64,000 bases of DNA from Trueperaceae bacterium. Its GTDB lineage: Bacteria > Deinococcota > Deinococci > Deinococcales > Trueperaceae. The first letter of the stretch is position 1, and every line of letters starts with the position of its first letter. Below the pieces are notes generated by a model that saw nothing but the letters and a program-made list of their open reading frames with translations, was not told the DNA's origin and searched no databases. Both the position numbers and the translations under genes were made by a program. This document shows positions 47,792 through 57,752 of this stretch, piece by piece. The stretch spans positions 162,173 to 226,172 of the forward strand of contig JAXHNB010000009.1 in the NCBI GenBank assembly GCA_034520945.1, read 5' to 3'.

Positions 47792-49507
47792 CCTGAATTA
47801 TTCGTGAGGGTTGGAAACGTGAAGGCCTCGAACGTGGTAGAAAGGGTGTGAGGCACGAACTTCCTACACGTTGGAGGCCTTCTAATGCGCGAGGATAGCA
47901 CGCAACAGTCTGTCTTGTTCGAAGGGTGGTTCACGAAGCCGGTCGTCGCGATGTTCGATCAGCCGCTCGGCACCAGCGATGGCGGGGCGGTGTTGCTTCG
48001 CGGCGCGGACGACCGGTTGGGCTTGACGGCATCGATGGCGTCGGTATTGACGGACCGGCGGGACCCGGAACGCGTGCAGCACTCGTTTCGCGACGTGCTT
48101 CGCCAGCGGGTGGTGGGAATCGCCTGCGGGTACGAGGACGGCAACGACGCCGCCCGGTTGCGGGGCGACCCGGTGCACAAGCTGGTGGTCGACCGTGACC
48201 CTCAGCGCGGGTTGGATCTTGCGTCGCAACCGACGCTTTCACGGTTCGAGAACGGCGTGACGCGGCGGGAAGTGTTCGAGATGGGCGTGGCCCTGGCCGA
48301 GGGCGTGATCGAACGGCACCGGGCCCGCCGCAACGGCCGAGCGAAACGCATCACGGTCGATGTGGACGGCACCGACGACCCCACGCACGGCGCGCAGCAG
48401 GGCGCGTTGTTCAACGGGTTTTACGGGGAGCACTGCTACTTGCCGTTGGTCGCCTCCATGCAGTTCGAGCAGGAGGCCGATCAGTACGTCCTGACGAGCC
48501 TGTTGCGGAAGGGCAACGCCCCGCCCGCCCTGGGCGCAACCGGGTTGCTGCGCCGCATCCTGGCGCGCCTCCGCGCGGCGTTCCCGAAGGCGCGCCTGCG
48601 GGTGCGGTTGGACGGCGGGTTCGCCACACCCCACGTGTTCGACTTCCTCGAAGGGCAGGGCGTGGAGTACGTGGTCGGCATCGGAAAGAACCCGGTGTTG
48701 GAACGCCTCGCGGAACCCCGCATGCGCGAAGTTCGTGAGGCGAGCGCGGCGAGCGGGCAGAGCGAACGACGGTACGGGCACGCCCCATACCAGGCGCGCA
48801 GTTGGCCGCACGAACGAACGGTCGTGTACAAGTCCGAAGTCACTTGGTATCCCGGCCGGGAGGCGCGGGACAACCCCCGCTTCGTGATCACCAACATCAA
48901 CGCCGACCCGGAGGTCATCTACCGCCGCATTTACGCGAAGCGCGGCGACATGGAGAACCGCCTGAAGGAACTCCAGGAGCACCTGGCCGCAGACCGGCTC
49001 AGTTGCACGCGGTTCCTCGCCAACCAAGCCCGCCTGCTGCTGCACACCGCCGCGTACGCCTTGTACCAGGAACTCCGGTTGCACGCGGCCGGCACGAGCC
49101 TCGCCCGGGCGTACGCGGGCACCCTCCGCGAGCGCCTCATCAAGCTCGGCGGGTGGATCAAGACCTCCGCCCGCCGCACCACACTGCACCTCCCGCAGGA
49201 CGCCCCCTGGCAACAGGAATGGCGGCACGTCGCCAGAGCCCTGCAAGCCACCAGCACCGCCTGAACGACCCCAAGGCCCCACAGCGAACCTCGACCCCAC
49301 GATCGACGCCCACCCCTGGCGCCGAACGGACCTCCTACGCCCCAACGAGGCCCTTCAGGCCTCGTGAACCTCGTTCACGACGACCGAACCGGCCTCAACG
49401 CCACCCACGAGGCCCCGACACGCGAACCGACGGGCCGTTACCCCGGAATCACGCCGCCCGACCCCACCCCAAACCCGCCCAAGCACGCCTCTCATGAATA
49501 AAGCGCG
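47792..49507 (+). mobile_element. IS1380-family insertion sequence
   Basis: Imperfect terminal IRs CCTGAATTATTCGTGAG / CTCATGAATAAAGCGCG; flanks CTAG and TTAG. Confidence 0.85.
47885..49264 (+). CDS. IS1380-family transposase
   Basis: TSDGGAVLL, GYEDGND, LASQPTLSRFEN, DVDGTDDPTHGAQQ, RLDGGF, YAKRGDMENRLKE. Confidence 0.94.
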   Translation: MREDSTQQSVLFEGWFTKPVVAMFDQPLGTSDGGAVLLRGADDRLGLTASMASVLTDRRDPERVQHSFRDVLRQRVVGIACGYEDGNDAARLRGDPVHKLVVDRDPQRGLDLASQPTLSRFENGVTRREVFEMGVALAEGVIERHRARRNGRAKRITVDVDGTDDPTHGAQQGALFNGFYGEHCYLPLVASMQFEQEADQYVLTSLLRKGNAPPALGATGLLRRILARLRAAFPKARLRVRLDGGFATPHVFDFLEGQGVEYVVGIGKNPVLERLAEPRMREVREASAASGQSERRYGHAPYQARSWPHERTVVYKSEVTWYPGREARDNPRFVITNINADPEVIYRRIYAKRGDMENRLKELQEHLAADRLSCTRFLANQARLLLHTAAYALYQELRLHAAGTSLARAYAGTLRERLIKLGGWIKTSARRTTLHLPQDAPWQQEWRHVARALQATSTA

Positions 49508-49557
49508 TTAGAGCACTTGTCCACCATTTCCGACCACGCGTACCCCCGCAGAAGGGA

Positions 49558-49923
49558 TCATGCTTTACTGTCGTGCCCCGCTTCTCTGATCATGAGTTGC
49601 GTGTTGAGCAACGGATGTCCTGCCTCCTCGAACCTACGAATGTACTGGGTTTCCGCAGCTCGCGCACTGAAGCTGCCTACTACCTCCAGGAACTCGAAAA
49701 CCGGCTCGAAGCCCTCTCGTCGGAGCTTACGCACAAACGCCTGTAAGCGGGCCTGGCCCCTCTTGTGGCTCGGGACGCCCAAGTGCTTCTGAGCCCTTAG
49801 CTCAACGTTCTCGGACCTTCCAACGTATACAACCTCGAGCGTGCGGGGATCGCGGATGGCGTAAATCCCTGCCGCGCTCGGCTCGATGCCGGCGGGCGCC
49901 AAAACTATCGGGCTCCTCCGCAT
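49558..49923 (-). CDS. GIY-YIG nuclease domain protein (frame is open further upstream to 50220)
   Basis: GIYAI..YVGRS..R..H..E..LLN motif set. Confidence 0.8.
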   Translation of the reverse strand: MRRSPIVLAPAGIEPSAAGIYAIRDPRTLEVVYVGRSENVELRAQKHLGVPSHKRGQARLQAFVRKLRREGFEPVFEFLEVVGSFSARAAETQYIRRFEEAGHPLLNTQLMIREAGHDSKA

Positions 49924-50972
49924 GTACGGTACGTGACGCTCCGCATAGAGGTCCTTGTCGGACGGGGGGTTCGTCCACGTTCGCCACTGGCATGACTCGT
50001 TAACCCTTATCCAGAGGCGTAGCGCGGCGCTTCCCGGCACCGTTCCCTGTAGCGCGCTGGACAGCGACGGGTACCTAGAGGCGAGCGTCACCAAGCATGA
50101 AAGCTCCATAAGCGCGCCGACCGAGTGCACGGAGGTGAGCCTGACCTCGGTAACTGGACGTGACCTGCTTTGAGCAGTCCATGCCGCTTTCCTTCGATTG
50201 CCTACCTCATAACGTGACATGTTTTTATCGTATCACCCAAGTTTGTCGCTCTCCGTCTCGGTTACTTCTAACAGACAGCAGGTGCGTAGCATCACCTGCG
50301 ACGTCCGTGGTACAGCCGAAACTTCGCGCGCGCAGGTGATCGCGACCTCGCGCTTCTATCGCATTGCGGTACTTACGGGTGATTCTGGGCCGCGAACCTG
50401 TAGCTTCTTCTCTGTCGCATCCTCAGCCTACGGTGCATTGGGATTCAGGTCGGACCCACACGTGGGCGACCGTCCCGCCTGGAGATCCGCAAACGCGCTG
50501 CATGCCACGCCGGTCACCTCCAGGTCAACGTTTCCCGCGAGATTGGCTACTCCGTACGTGACCAATCCAGCCTCGTCACCACCAACTGCCAGAACGGCCA
50601 GAAGACCAGCGTCGAGCAGCACTTCGCCAGCCTGAAGAATCCTGGCGCCATTGACTTAAGGGGGGCACACTGTCGCGCTCCTTAGCGACTATCCACAAGG
50701 TGCCAAGCCGCCTGGCCTTGCGCCGCGCCCACCACGCGTATGTGACCAAGCGCCGCTGATCGTTCATTGTGTAGGTTCGATCATCAGCGTCCTTTCATGA
50801 AATGACGTATTCCCCTGAAGCGAGGTGCACAAACGACCGTGACGCTTGATGTGGCTATTCCACGCTATTCGGCCGCCGTTTCCGGTTGATTCCGGCCGGT
50901 GATTCCGGGGTTATCCGGCCACCCGTTCCGGGTGATTGCGGCCGCCCTCTCCCTGGGGGGCGGGCAGGTGGG

Positions 50973-51734
50973 TTAACTGTTGCTTGTGGCCTGGTGGTCT
51001 GTCAATCGGCCGCGGGTTTTGCGCATGCTGTCGCCGCGTAGGTCGAGTCGGTGGGCGTTGTGGATGAAGCGGTCCAGGATGGCGTCGGCGAGGGTGGGAT
51101 CGTTCAGGTAGTCGTGCCAGGCGTCGACGGGCAGTTGGCTGGTGATGAGCGTGCTTCTGGTGGCGTAGCGGTCGTCGAGGAGTTCGAGGAGGTCCCGCCG
51201 GTTGGTGTCGCTCATGGGGGTAACCCCCCAGTCGTCGAGGGCGATGAGATCGATGCGTTGGAGGCTGGCGAGCATGCTTCGGTAGCGGCCGTCGCCTTTG
51301 GCGATCTCCAGGTCGTGCAGGAGCCTGGGGAGGCGTTGGTAGAGGGCCTTGTGGCCCTCTTGGCAGGCCTTGTGCGCGAGGGCGCAGGCGAGGTAGGTCT
51401 TGCCGACGCCGGTGGGGCCGGTAATGACGAGGTTCTGGTGCCGCTCGATCCAATTGCAGTTGGCGAGGTTCAGCAGGACGCTCTTGTCCAGGTTTCGTTT
51501 CGCTTGGTAGTCGATGTCCTCGATGCTGGCCGGCACGCGTAGTTTCGCTTGGGTGAGGCGGGTCTTGAGGCGCCGATCGGCGCGGGTCGTTTCCTCGCGG
51601 TCCAACAGCAGTCCCAATCGTTCTTCGAAGGAGAGGGTTTCGATGTCGGGCGTGCGGGCTTGGTCTTCGAGGGCGGCAGCCATGCCGCGCAACTGCAGGG
51701 TCCGGAGTTTCTCGAGCGTGGGGTGCGTCAGCAT
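50973..51734 (-). CDS. istB: IS21 helper ATPase
   Basis: GPTGVGKT, LIALDDWG, LITSQLP, ADAILDR, GDSMRK. Confidence 0.95.
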   Translation of the reverse strand: MLTHPTLEKLRTLQLRGMAAALEDQARTPDIETLSFEERLGLLLDREETTRADRRLKTRLTQAKLRVPASIEDIDYQAKRNLDKSVLLNLANCNWIERHQNLVITGPTGVGKTYLACALAHKACQEGHKALYQRLPRLLHDLEIAKGDGRYRSMLASLQRIDLIALDDWGVTPMSDTNRRDLLELLDDRYATRSTLITSQLPVDAWHDYLNDPTLADAILDRFIHNAHRLDLRGDSMRKTRGRLTDHQATSNS

Positions 51735-53320
51735 GCCGGCTGGCCCTCCTGCTCTTCTTCGCGAGGCTCGCTGGGAGCCGCGTAGTACGCGCCGCCGCGG
51801 ACGTTCTCATGCTGCGTTTTCGGTGGGGCGGCCGCTTGGGGCGTTTCGAGGGGTTGCTCGTCGAGACGGTTCTTCAGGATCGCCTTGACGCTCTTGAGGG
51901 AGTACGAGCGGAGCTTCACGGCGCGCGCGCAGGCGTTCTCGAGCCGGTCGTTGCCGTACGTCTTGCCGAGGTTCAGGGTGCCAACGCAGGACCGGAACGC
52001 CTGCTGCGGGTGCGTCCGCGCGGCGATGGCGCCCTCCGTGAACGCGACGGTGGCGGGCCCCATCCGGCCAGCCCACGCGAATAAGGTCTCTTCTGTCATG
52101 CCGGCGTGCTCCTGGTGCGCTTTGGGCATGTGCTCCTTGACGGTGGTGTGCCCGCCCTTCTGGTACGAGCGGGCGTGGCTCGCCACCCGCGCGTTGCGGT
52201 GGAACACCTCGATCGTCGAGGCCGTCACGCGCGCATCGAGCTGTTTCTTGCGGAGTTGGTAGGGGACACTGTAGAAGTGCTTGTCGATCTGGACGTGGTA
52301 ATCGATGTGCGGTCGGACCTTCGACCACTCCGCGAACACGTACCGCGCGGCGGGCAGCGGCCGCAAGGCCGGCCGGTCGAGCTCCAGGAACATGGAGCGC
52401 CTCGAGCCGGGCCGCTTCTGGAACGGCCGCTCGTTGTACTCCTCCAGCAACGCCCAGATCGCGTCGTTCGCTTCCGCAAGCGTGAAGAACGTCCGGTTCC
52501 TGAGGCGCGCCAGAATCCAGCGTTCCACCACCTGCACGCCCGACTCCACCACCGCCTTGTCCTTGGGCCGGCGGCGGCGGGCGGGAATCACCGCGACATC
52601 GTAGTGCCGCGCGAACTCGAGGTAGGTCGGGTTGACCTCCGGCTCGAACAGGTGCGGGCTCTTCACGCCGGCCTTAAGGTTGTCGGGCACGAGGATTTCG
52701 GGGCACCCCCTGAAGTAGGCGAGCATCCGCACGTGCGACGCGATCCAGTCCGGCAGGGCCTGCGTCCAGGTGGCCTCCACGTACGCGTACTGGCTGGCGC
52801 CCAACGCCCCGACGAACACCTGCGCGTCGCGAACCTCGCCCGTAGCGGCATCGACGATGGGAATCGTGTCCCCGGCGTAATCGACGAACGCCTTCTCGCC
52901 CGCGTAATGCACCTGCCGCATGGAGACGTCCAGCGAGTCACGCCAGGTGCGCAGGCCCTCACAATACTTGCTGTACGCGTACCCCAGCGGATGCGCTGCG
53001 CGGTACTCCTCCCACAAAAGGAGGCGCGTCACCCGCTTGTTCCGCCGCAACTCCCGGTCCGCCGCGTCCCAGTCCGGCAACGGCCGTTCGACCTCCTTCG
53101 CCCCAGGCCGTGGGGGGAACAGCGTGTTCTCCAGCGTCCCGTCGTCCACGTCCGGCAGCGGCCATGACAAGCCCGCAGCTTCGGCCCTCCGCTCGTACTC
53201 TCGGACGCTGCTGCGTGCCAGGTTGCAGCTTACGGCCACCTCCCGCGCGCTCCGACGCTGGCCCCACAACAAGCGCAATACCTCTCTGACCTTCCGCATC
53301 GACAACCTCTTCCTCGGCAT
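51728..53320 (-). CDS. istA: IS21 transposase
   Basis: HTH; FVDYAG, VPDNLK, PKDKAVVE DDE residues; YSVP. Confidence 0.95.
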   Translation of the reverse strand: MPRKRLSMRKVREVLRLLWGQRRSAREVAVSCNLARSSVREYERRAEAAGLSWPLPDVDDGTLENTLFPPRPGAKEVERPLPDWDAADRELRRNKRVTRLLLWEEYRAAHPLGYAYSKYCEGLRTWRDSLDVSMRQVHYAGEKAFVDYAGDTIPIVDAATGEVRDAQVFVGALGASQYAYVEATWTQALPDWIASHVRMLAYFRGCPEILVPDNLKAGVKSPHLFEPEVNPTYLEFARHYDVAVIPARRRRPKDKAVVESGVQVVERWILARLRNRTFFTLAEANDAIWALLEEYNERPFQKRPGSRRSMFLELDRPALRPLPAARYVFAEWSKVRPHIDYHVQIDKHFYSVPYQLRKKQLDARVTASTIEVFHRNARVASHARSYQKGGHTTVKEHMPKAHQEHAGMTEETLFAWAGRMGPATVAFTEGAIAARTHPQQAFRSCVGTLNLGKTYGNDRLENACARAVKLRSYSLKSVKAILKNRLDEQPLETPQAAAPPKTQHENVRGGAYYAAPSEPREEEQEGQPAC

Positions 53321-53817
53321 ACGGCCTCCCCTCACGGAAGCACCGTAAGCCCAACGAGATTCCCGCCCTACCCCTCCCGGGAAGGGCGGCCGAAATCCCC
53401 TGGAACAGGTGGCCGGAATCCCGTGGAATCAGTGGCCGCTTTCCCGTGGAATCGGTGGCCGAAAACGCCTGGAATACCCATGATGGAAGCCGCAACGCGT
53501 GCCCGGCGCGCCCATGGGGTGAGGCCGACCATGCCTGAGCCCGATGCATGCCCCGCCTTCACGCTCGCTTGCACGCCCACTAAACTCGCCTTATGGCAAA
53601 GCGGCCCGCACGGGCGTTGGTGCGCATAGTACAGAGACAGAGTTTTTTGGTCTTCGAAACGTACTCTACCTAACGAAAATGGCGCCTCGTCATCTGCCGC
53701 CGAGGCAGGCAGATCCAGCATTACAGACGCTCCTGTCGGCACCGTCGGACCACCTGGAATGCACCAAATCGAGTGCCTCGCGGCCCTGCATCCCGGTGGG
53801 CCTGTCAAGATCGCCCC

Positions 53818-55917
53818 CTACAGATCGTCGAGGTACTCCGATCCTGGTGCTACTCCTGTCACCAGGAGCTCATCCCTAGCCCGCGTGAGCGCGACGTACA
53901 GAAGATGCCGCTCGAGGTCGTGCGCCTCCTCCATGGCCGACATGTCCGCCGCACCCGCTAGTCGGTCAGGATCCGGAATCACGTCTTCGTCGCAAGCCAT
54001 CACAGCCACGACTCGGAACTCGAGCCCCTTCGCCTGATGCATCGTCGCGACCGTGACGCTCCCCTTGGCCACGGCTACTTCATCACCGATTCCGACCGAG
54101 AACGCGTTGGCATGTGCGATCGCCTTCGCCGCTCTGGCGAGTTGCTCCTGGCGGCGCACGAACACGCCGACAGCCGCTGTGGCCACGCCGCCCTCAAGGC
54201 GCTCCTTCAGCCACGCGCCGACAGACTCGACCTCTTGGTCCTCGTCCTCGAAGCGGTGGACCTCAGGGGCAGGCCCGTCGAACACCGACACGGTTCCCCG
54301 CCGGACCTCCGTCTCCCCATCCACATCGTCCATACGATCGTCGAGAAGCCGATCGGCCAGCTCCCGGATCTGCTGCGAGGTGCGGTAGTTCACCTTCAGC
54401 GTTCGTGCCCTGCCGCGCACGTCCACGCCCACGGACCGCCACGAGAAGGGTGCCTGGAATATGCGCTGGCCGAGATCGCCGGCGAAGAAGAGGCCATCGG
54501 GCCGATCGCCCGCTAGGCGGCCCAGGAAGCGGAGCTGCGCGACGCTAGCGTCCTGCGCTTCGTCCAACACCACGTGATCGAAGGGGGCGGGCGTTCCTGG
54601 CGCGAAGACCTCGGCCAACTTGTCGTAGAGAGTCGCGCGTGTCGTCAGCCCGTTCTTCGCGAGGCGCTCACGAACCTTCGCGAACACCTGCCACGCCCGC
54701 TGGCGCCGCGACTCGGCTAGTCGCGCACGCCGCCCGACACGCGCCACGTCGCGATACGACTCCCAGTCCCGAAGCTGCCACGCGTCGACGACGTCCCGCC
54801 ATTCCGTGAACAGGAACCCTGCCGCGAAGGATGGTCCCTCGACCTCCCGAGACGCTTCGTCGAGCATCCGGCGGAGCGTCGCTTCGTCGACTACCTTCGG
54901 ATCCCCAGCGATGCGCGCCCGGTAAAGCCTGTCGGCGACCCCATCGAGCGTGTCGACGCGGATCCGTTCGGCTAGCCGAGGGCGGTCCGCAACCAGCAGC
55001 CGGAGCTTGTCGCGCAGGTAGCCGACCAGCGGATCGGAGAATGTGGCGAGAAGAACCCGAGCCTCGTCGTCCCGCCGCGCCAAGTGCACGGCCCGATGAA
55101 GGGCAACCACTGACTTGCCGGTCCCAGCTGACCCTGCGACGCGCGCCGGTCCGTTGAACCGCCGCTCGACAAGATCGCGCTGGGTGGGATGCAGAAAGAC
55201 GATCCAGCGTTCCCAAGGCGCGTCCAGTGCAGCCTTGAGCTCCTCGACCCCTTCAACGATCCGGAAGCGTCGCTGCGCATCGGGATGCTCGAACGGATCC
55301 ACGTCCGTGCCCAGAGGGATCGGAGGGGTCGGCGTCTCGCCTACGGCGATCTGCAGCAACGCCTCAGCTGCCTCCGTGGGCAGGTTCTCCGCGACATCGG
55401 GAAGCGTGTCCTCCGTAACCGCACGGACATCCTCGAGCCACTCGGGAGGAACGCCGTACGACAACAAAGCTTCGTCCTCGATGCCGTCGAAGAGGAGCTT
55501 CTGCACTTCTTGCTGCTCCTCGAAGACGGGCACGACAACACGCTTGACGACTTCCTCGACCCGCTCCCGGATCACGACCAACTGGGCAGCGCCGGTTCGC
55601 GGGTGGCGCTCGAGCTTCCGGCGTTCGGCCCAGGAATAGGCGTCGTCGTGGTGACCGACATAGCAGGCCAGGAGGCTCTCGTTCGTGCAGTGGACGATGA
55701 TTCGGAGATCACGGTTCACACGGACCGACCAGAAGTTCGGATCCTTCGCCTTGTCGACCCGGTGGAACTGCATGCCCGGGTTGGCAGGGTCTCTCTGAAG
55801 GTCAAAGGCGGTGACCTTGGCGGCGTCTCGCTCGTCGGCCGTCAGCCGGTCGAGCGCTTCGGTGAACGAGTCGGCGATGCGGAAGGTCACGTCGGTTCCA
55901 CCTGCTTCACGTGTCAC
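53818..55917 (-). CDS. UvrD/Rep-like SF1 helicase with N-terminal RelE/ParE-like domain (GTG 55890 is an alternative start)
   Basis: GSAGTGKS, DEAQD, GDLGQRIF, NYRT, HQAKGLEF, LLYVALTRA; N-terminal FWSVRVNRDLRIIVH..YVGHHDDAY. Confidence 0.85.
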   Translation of the reverse strand: MTREAGGTDVTFRIADSFTEALDRLTADERDAAKVTAFDLQRDPANPGMQFHRVDKAKDPNFWSVRVNRDLRIIVHCTNESLLACYVGHHDDAYSWAERRKLERHPRTGAAQLVVIRERVEEVVKRVVVPVFEEQQEVQKLLFDGIEDEALLSYGVPPEWLEDVRAVTEDTLPDVAENLPTEAAEALLQIAVGETPTPPIPLGTDVDPFEHPDAQRRFRIVEGVEELKAALDAPWERWIVFLHPTQRDLVERRFNGPARVAGSAGTGKSVVALHRAVHLARRDDEARVLLATFSDPLVGYLRDKLRLLVADRPRLAERIRVDTLDGVADRLYRARIAGDPKVVDEATLRRMLDEASREVEGPSFAAGFLFTEWRDVVDAWQLRDWESYRDVARVGRRARLAESRRQRAWQVFAKVRERLAKNGLTTRATLYDKLAEVFAPGTPAPFDHVVLDEAQDASVAQLRFLGRLAGDRPDGLFFAGDLGQRIFQAPFSWRSVGVDVRGRARTLKVNYRTSQQIRELADRLLDDRMDDVDGETEVRRGTVSVFDGPAPEVHRFEDEDQEVESVGAWLKERLEGGVATAAVGVFVRRQEQLARAAKAIAHANAFSVGIGDEVAVAKGSVTVATMHQAKGLEFRVVAVMACDEDVIPDPDRLAGAADMSAMEEAHDLERHLLYVALTRARDELLVTGVAPGSEYLDDL

Positions 55918-56022
55918 GAGGATCGATGGTTACGGCGGCAGTTTACCGAACGTCCTCCGGAACGGCGCGGTTGGCGTGTGGCATGATGCTGGTCGAGTCT
56001 CGAGGCAGGAGGAGCGACCTCG

Positions 56023-57732
56023 ATGAGCGAGACCGGCACGGGCGGCAATCCAGGAATGAGCGCGGCCGATGATGGCATCGCTTCACTCCTTGCTCGGTTG
56101 CTTGACGCGTGGGAGAACGAGGTCGTCGAGTTCAAGCGAGCGGACCGAGACATCAGGACCTCGGACATCGGTAGGTACTTCTCGGCTCTCGCCAACGAGG
56201 CGAATCTGCGTGGGGCAAGCAGGGCATGGCTCGTCTTCGGTGTCGACGACGCGACTCGGTCCGTGGTCGGCACGCAGTTCCGACCTGATCGGGGTCACCT
56301 TGACTCGCTCAAGCGACAGATGGCCGACGGCACCGGGCCCGCGTCGACGTTCCGGGAGATCTACGAGCACTCGGATCCGGCGGGACGCGTGCTTTTGTTC
56401 GAGATCCCTCCGGCACCCATCGGCATTCCAATCGCGTGGAACGGTCACTACTTCGCGAGGGCAGGCGAGACCCTGGCCGCGCTGGGCATCGACAAGCTCG
56501 ATGAGATCCGCGGGCAGGCCGGTGCGGGCGACTGGACGCACGAGGTCTTGCCTTATGCGTCATTCGCAGACCTGGACGACGAGGCCGTGCGGCATGCTCG
56601 AGAGTCCGTCGCCAAGAAACTCGCCAACCGCACGCCGCGAGAGACCGTCACGGGATGGCCGCTGGAGACGTTCCTCGCTCGCGCTCGCCTGACCCGAGAC
56701 GGACAGCTCACCCGGGCGGCGGTCCTGCTGGTCGGCAAGCCCGAGTCGGCACATCTTCTGTCACCGCATCCTGCCCAGTTGACCTGGCGGCTCGAAGGCG
56801 AAGAGCGGGCGTACGAGCACTTCGGCCCTCCGTTCTTGTTGACGACGTCCGAGCTGTACCGCCGCATCCGGAACATCCAGATCCGCCTCCTGCCCGACAA
56901 CGCGCTTCTGCCGATCGAACAAGCGAAGTACGACCGCAAGGTCGTTCTGGAGGCATTGCACAACGCCATCGCCCATCAGGACTTCACCCGGAACGGACGC
57001 GTCGTCGTCACCGAGCAACCGGATCGCCTCGTGTTCGAGAACGAGGGCCAGTTCTTCGAGGGGCAGCCGGACGACTACATCCCCGGCACCAGGACGCCGC
57101 GACGCTATCGGAACCCATTCCTGACCCAGGCGATGGCGGCGCTGAACATGATCGACACCATGGGCTACGGCATCCACGAGATGCACAAGAGTCAGAAGGA
57201 GCGATATTTGCCGCTACCCGACTTCGACTTGAGCGAGGCGCACATGGTGCGCGTTACGGTCCACGGTCGCGTCGTCGACCCTGCCTACACACGCCTCCTG
57301 ATCGAGCAGACCGACCTTCCCCTAGCCGACGTGCTGGCGCTCGATCGCGTCCAAAAGGGCCTTCCGATCGATGCTCAGATGGCGAGGAAACTGCGACAAC
57401 GAGGGTTGGTCGAGGGGCGCCGGCCGAAGTTGCACATTTCGGCTCGCGTCGCCAAAGCATCCGCGACGAAGGTGGACTACATCCGCACGCGAGCACAGGA
57501 CGACGCGCACTACCAAAAGCTCGTGACCGACTACCTGCGCAAGTTCGGAACGGCCTCAAGGAAGGACATCGACGCCTTGCTCTGGGACAAGCTGAGCGAC
57601 GCCTTGTCGGACGATCAGAAGGCGAACAAGATCGGTAACCTTCTGACGAAGTGGCGCCGGAACGGCGTGATCTTCAACGCCGGCTCGAGGCCGTCTCCAG
57701 AGTGGAAGCTGCAAGAAGGCGATGCAGAATGA
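56023..57732 (+). CDS. AlbA_2 (Schlafen-like) + HATPase_c_4 + winged-helix protein
   Basis: ENEVVEFK, SALAN, LVFGVDD; EALHNAIAHQDF, RYRNPFL, IDTMGYGI. Confidence 0.85.
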   Translation: MSETGTGGNPGMSAADDGIASLLARLLDAWENEVVEFKRADRDIRTSDIGRYFSALANEANLRGASRAWLVFGVDDATRSVVGTQFRPDRGHLDSLKRQMADGTGPASTFREIYEHSDPAGRVLLFEIPPAPIGIPIAWNGHYFARAGETLAALGIDKLDEIRGQAGAGDWTHEVLPYASFADLDDEAVRHARESVAKKLANRTPRETVTGWPLETFLARARLTRDGQLTRAAVLLVGKPESAHLLSPHPAQLTWRLEGEERAYEHFGPPFLLTTSELYRRIRNIQIRLLPDNALLPIEQAKYDRKVVLEALHNAIAHQDFTRNGRVVVTEQPDRLVFENEGQFFEGQPDDYIPGTRTPRRYRNPFLTQAMAALNMIDTMGYGIHEMHKSQKERYLPLPDFDLSEAHMVRVTVHGRVVDPAYTRLLIEQTDLPLADVLALDRVQKGLPIDAQMARKLRQRGLVEGRRPKLHISARVAKASATKVDYIRTRAQDDAHYQKLVTDYLRKFGTASRKDIDALLWDKLSDALSDDQKANKIGNLLTKWRRNGVIFNAGSRPSPEWKLQEGDAE

Positions 57733-57752
57733 ACGCGTCGCTCAACGGAGGA

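Larger units (their letters stand above)
50852..53480 (-). mobile_element. IS21-family insertion sequence
   Basis: TGGCTATTCC / GGAATACCCA ends, several internal CGGCC..TTCC repeats at both ends, perfect 5-bp target duplication TGATG (50847-50851 and 53481-53485). Confidence 0.93.

Noticed and set aside
50852..50946. Regularly spaced CGGCC..TTCC repeats (also 53380-53480) resembling a mini-CRISPR or iterons
   Set aside because: They are IS21 terminal transposase-binding repeats; no spacers or cas genes
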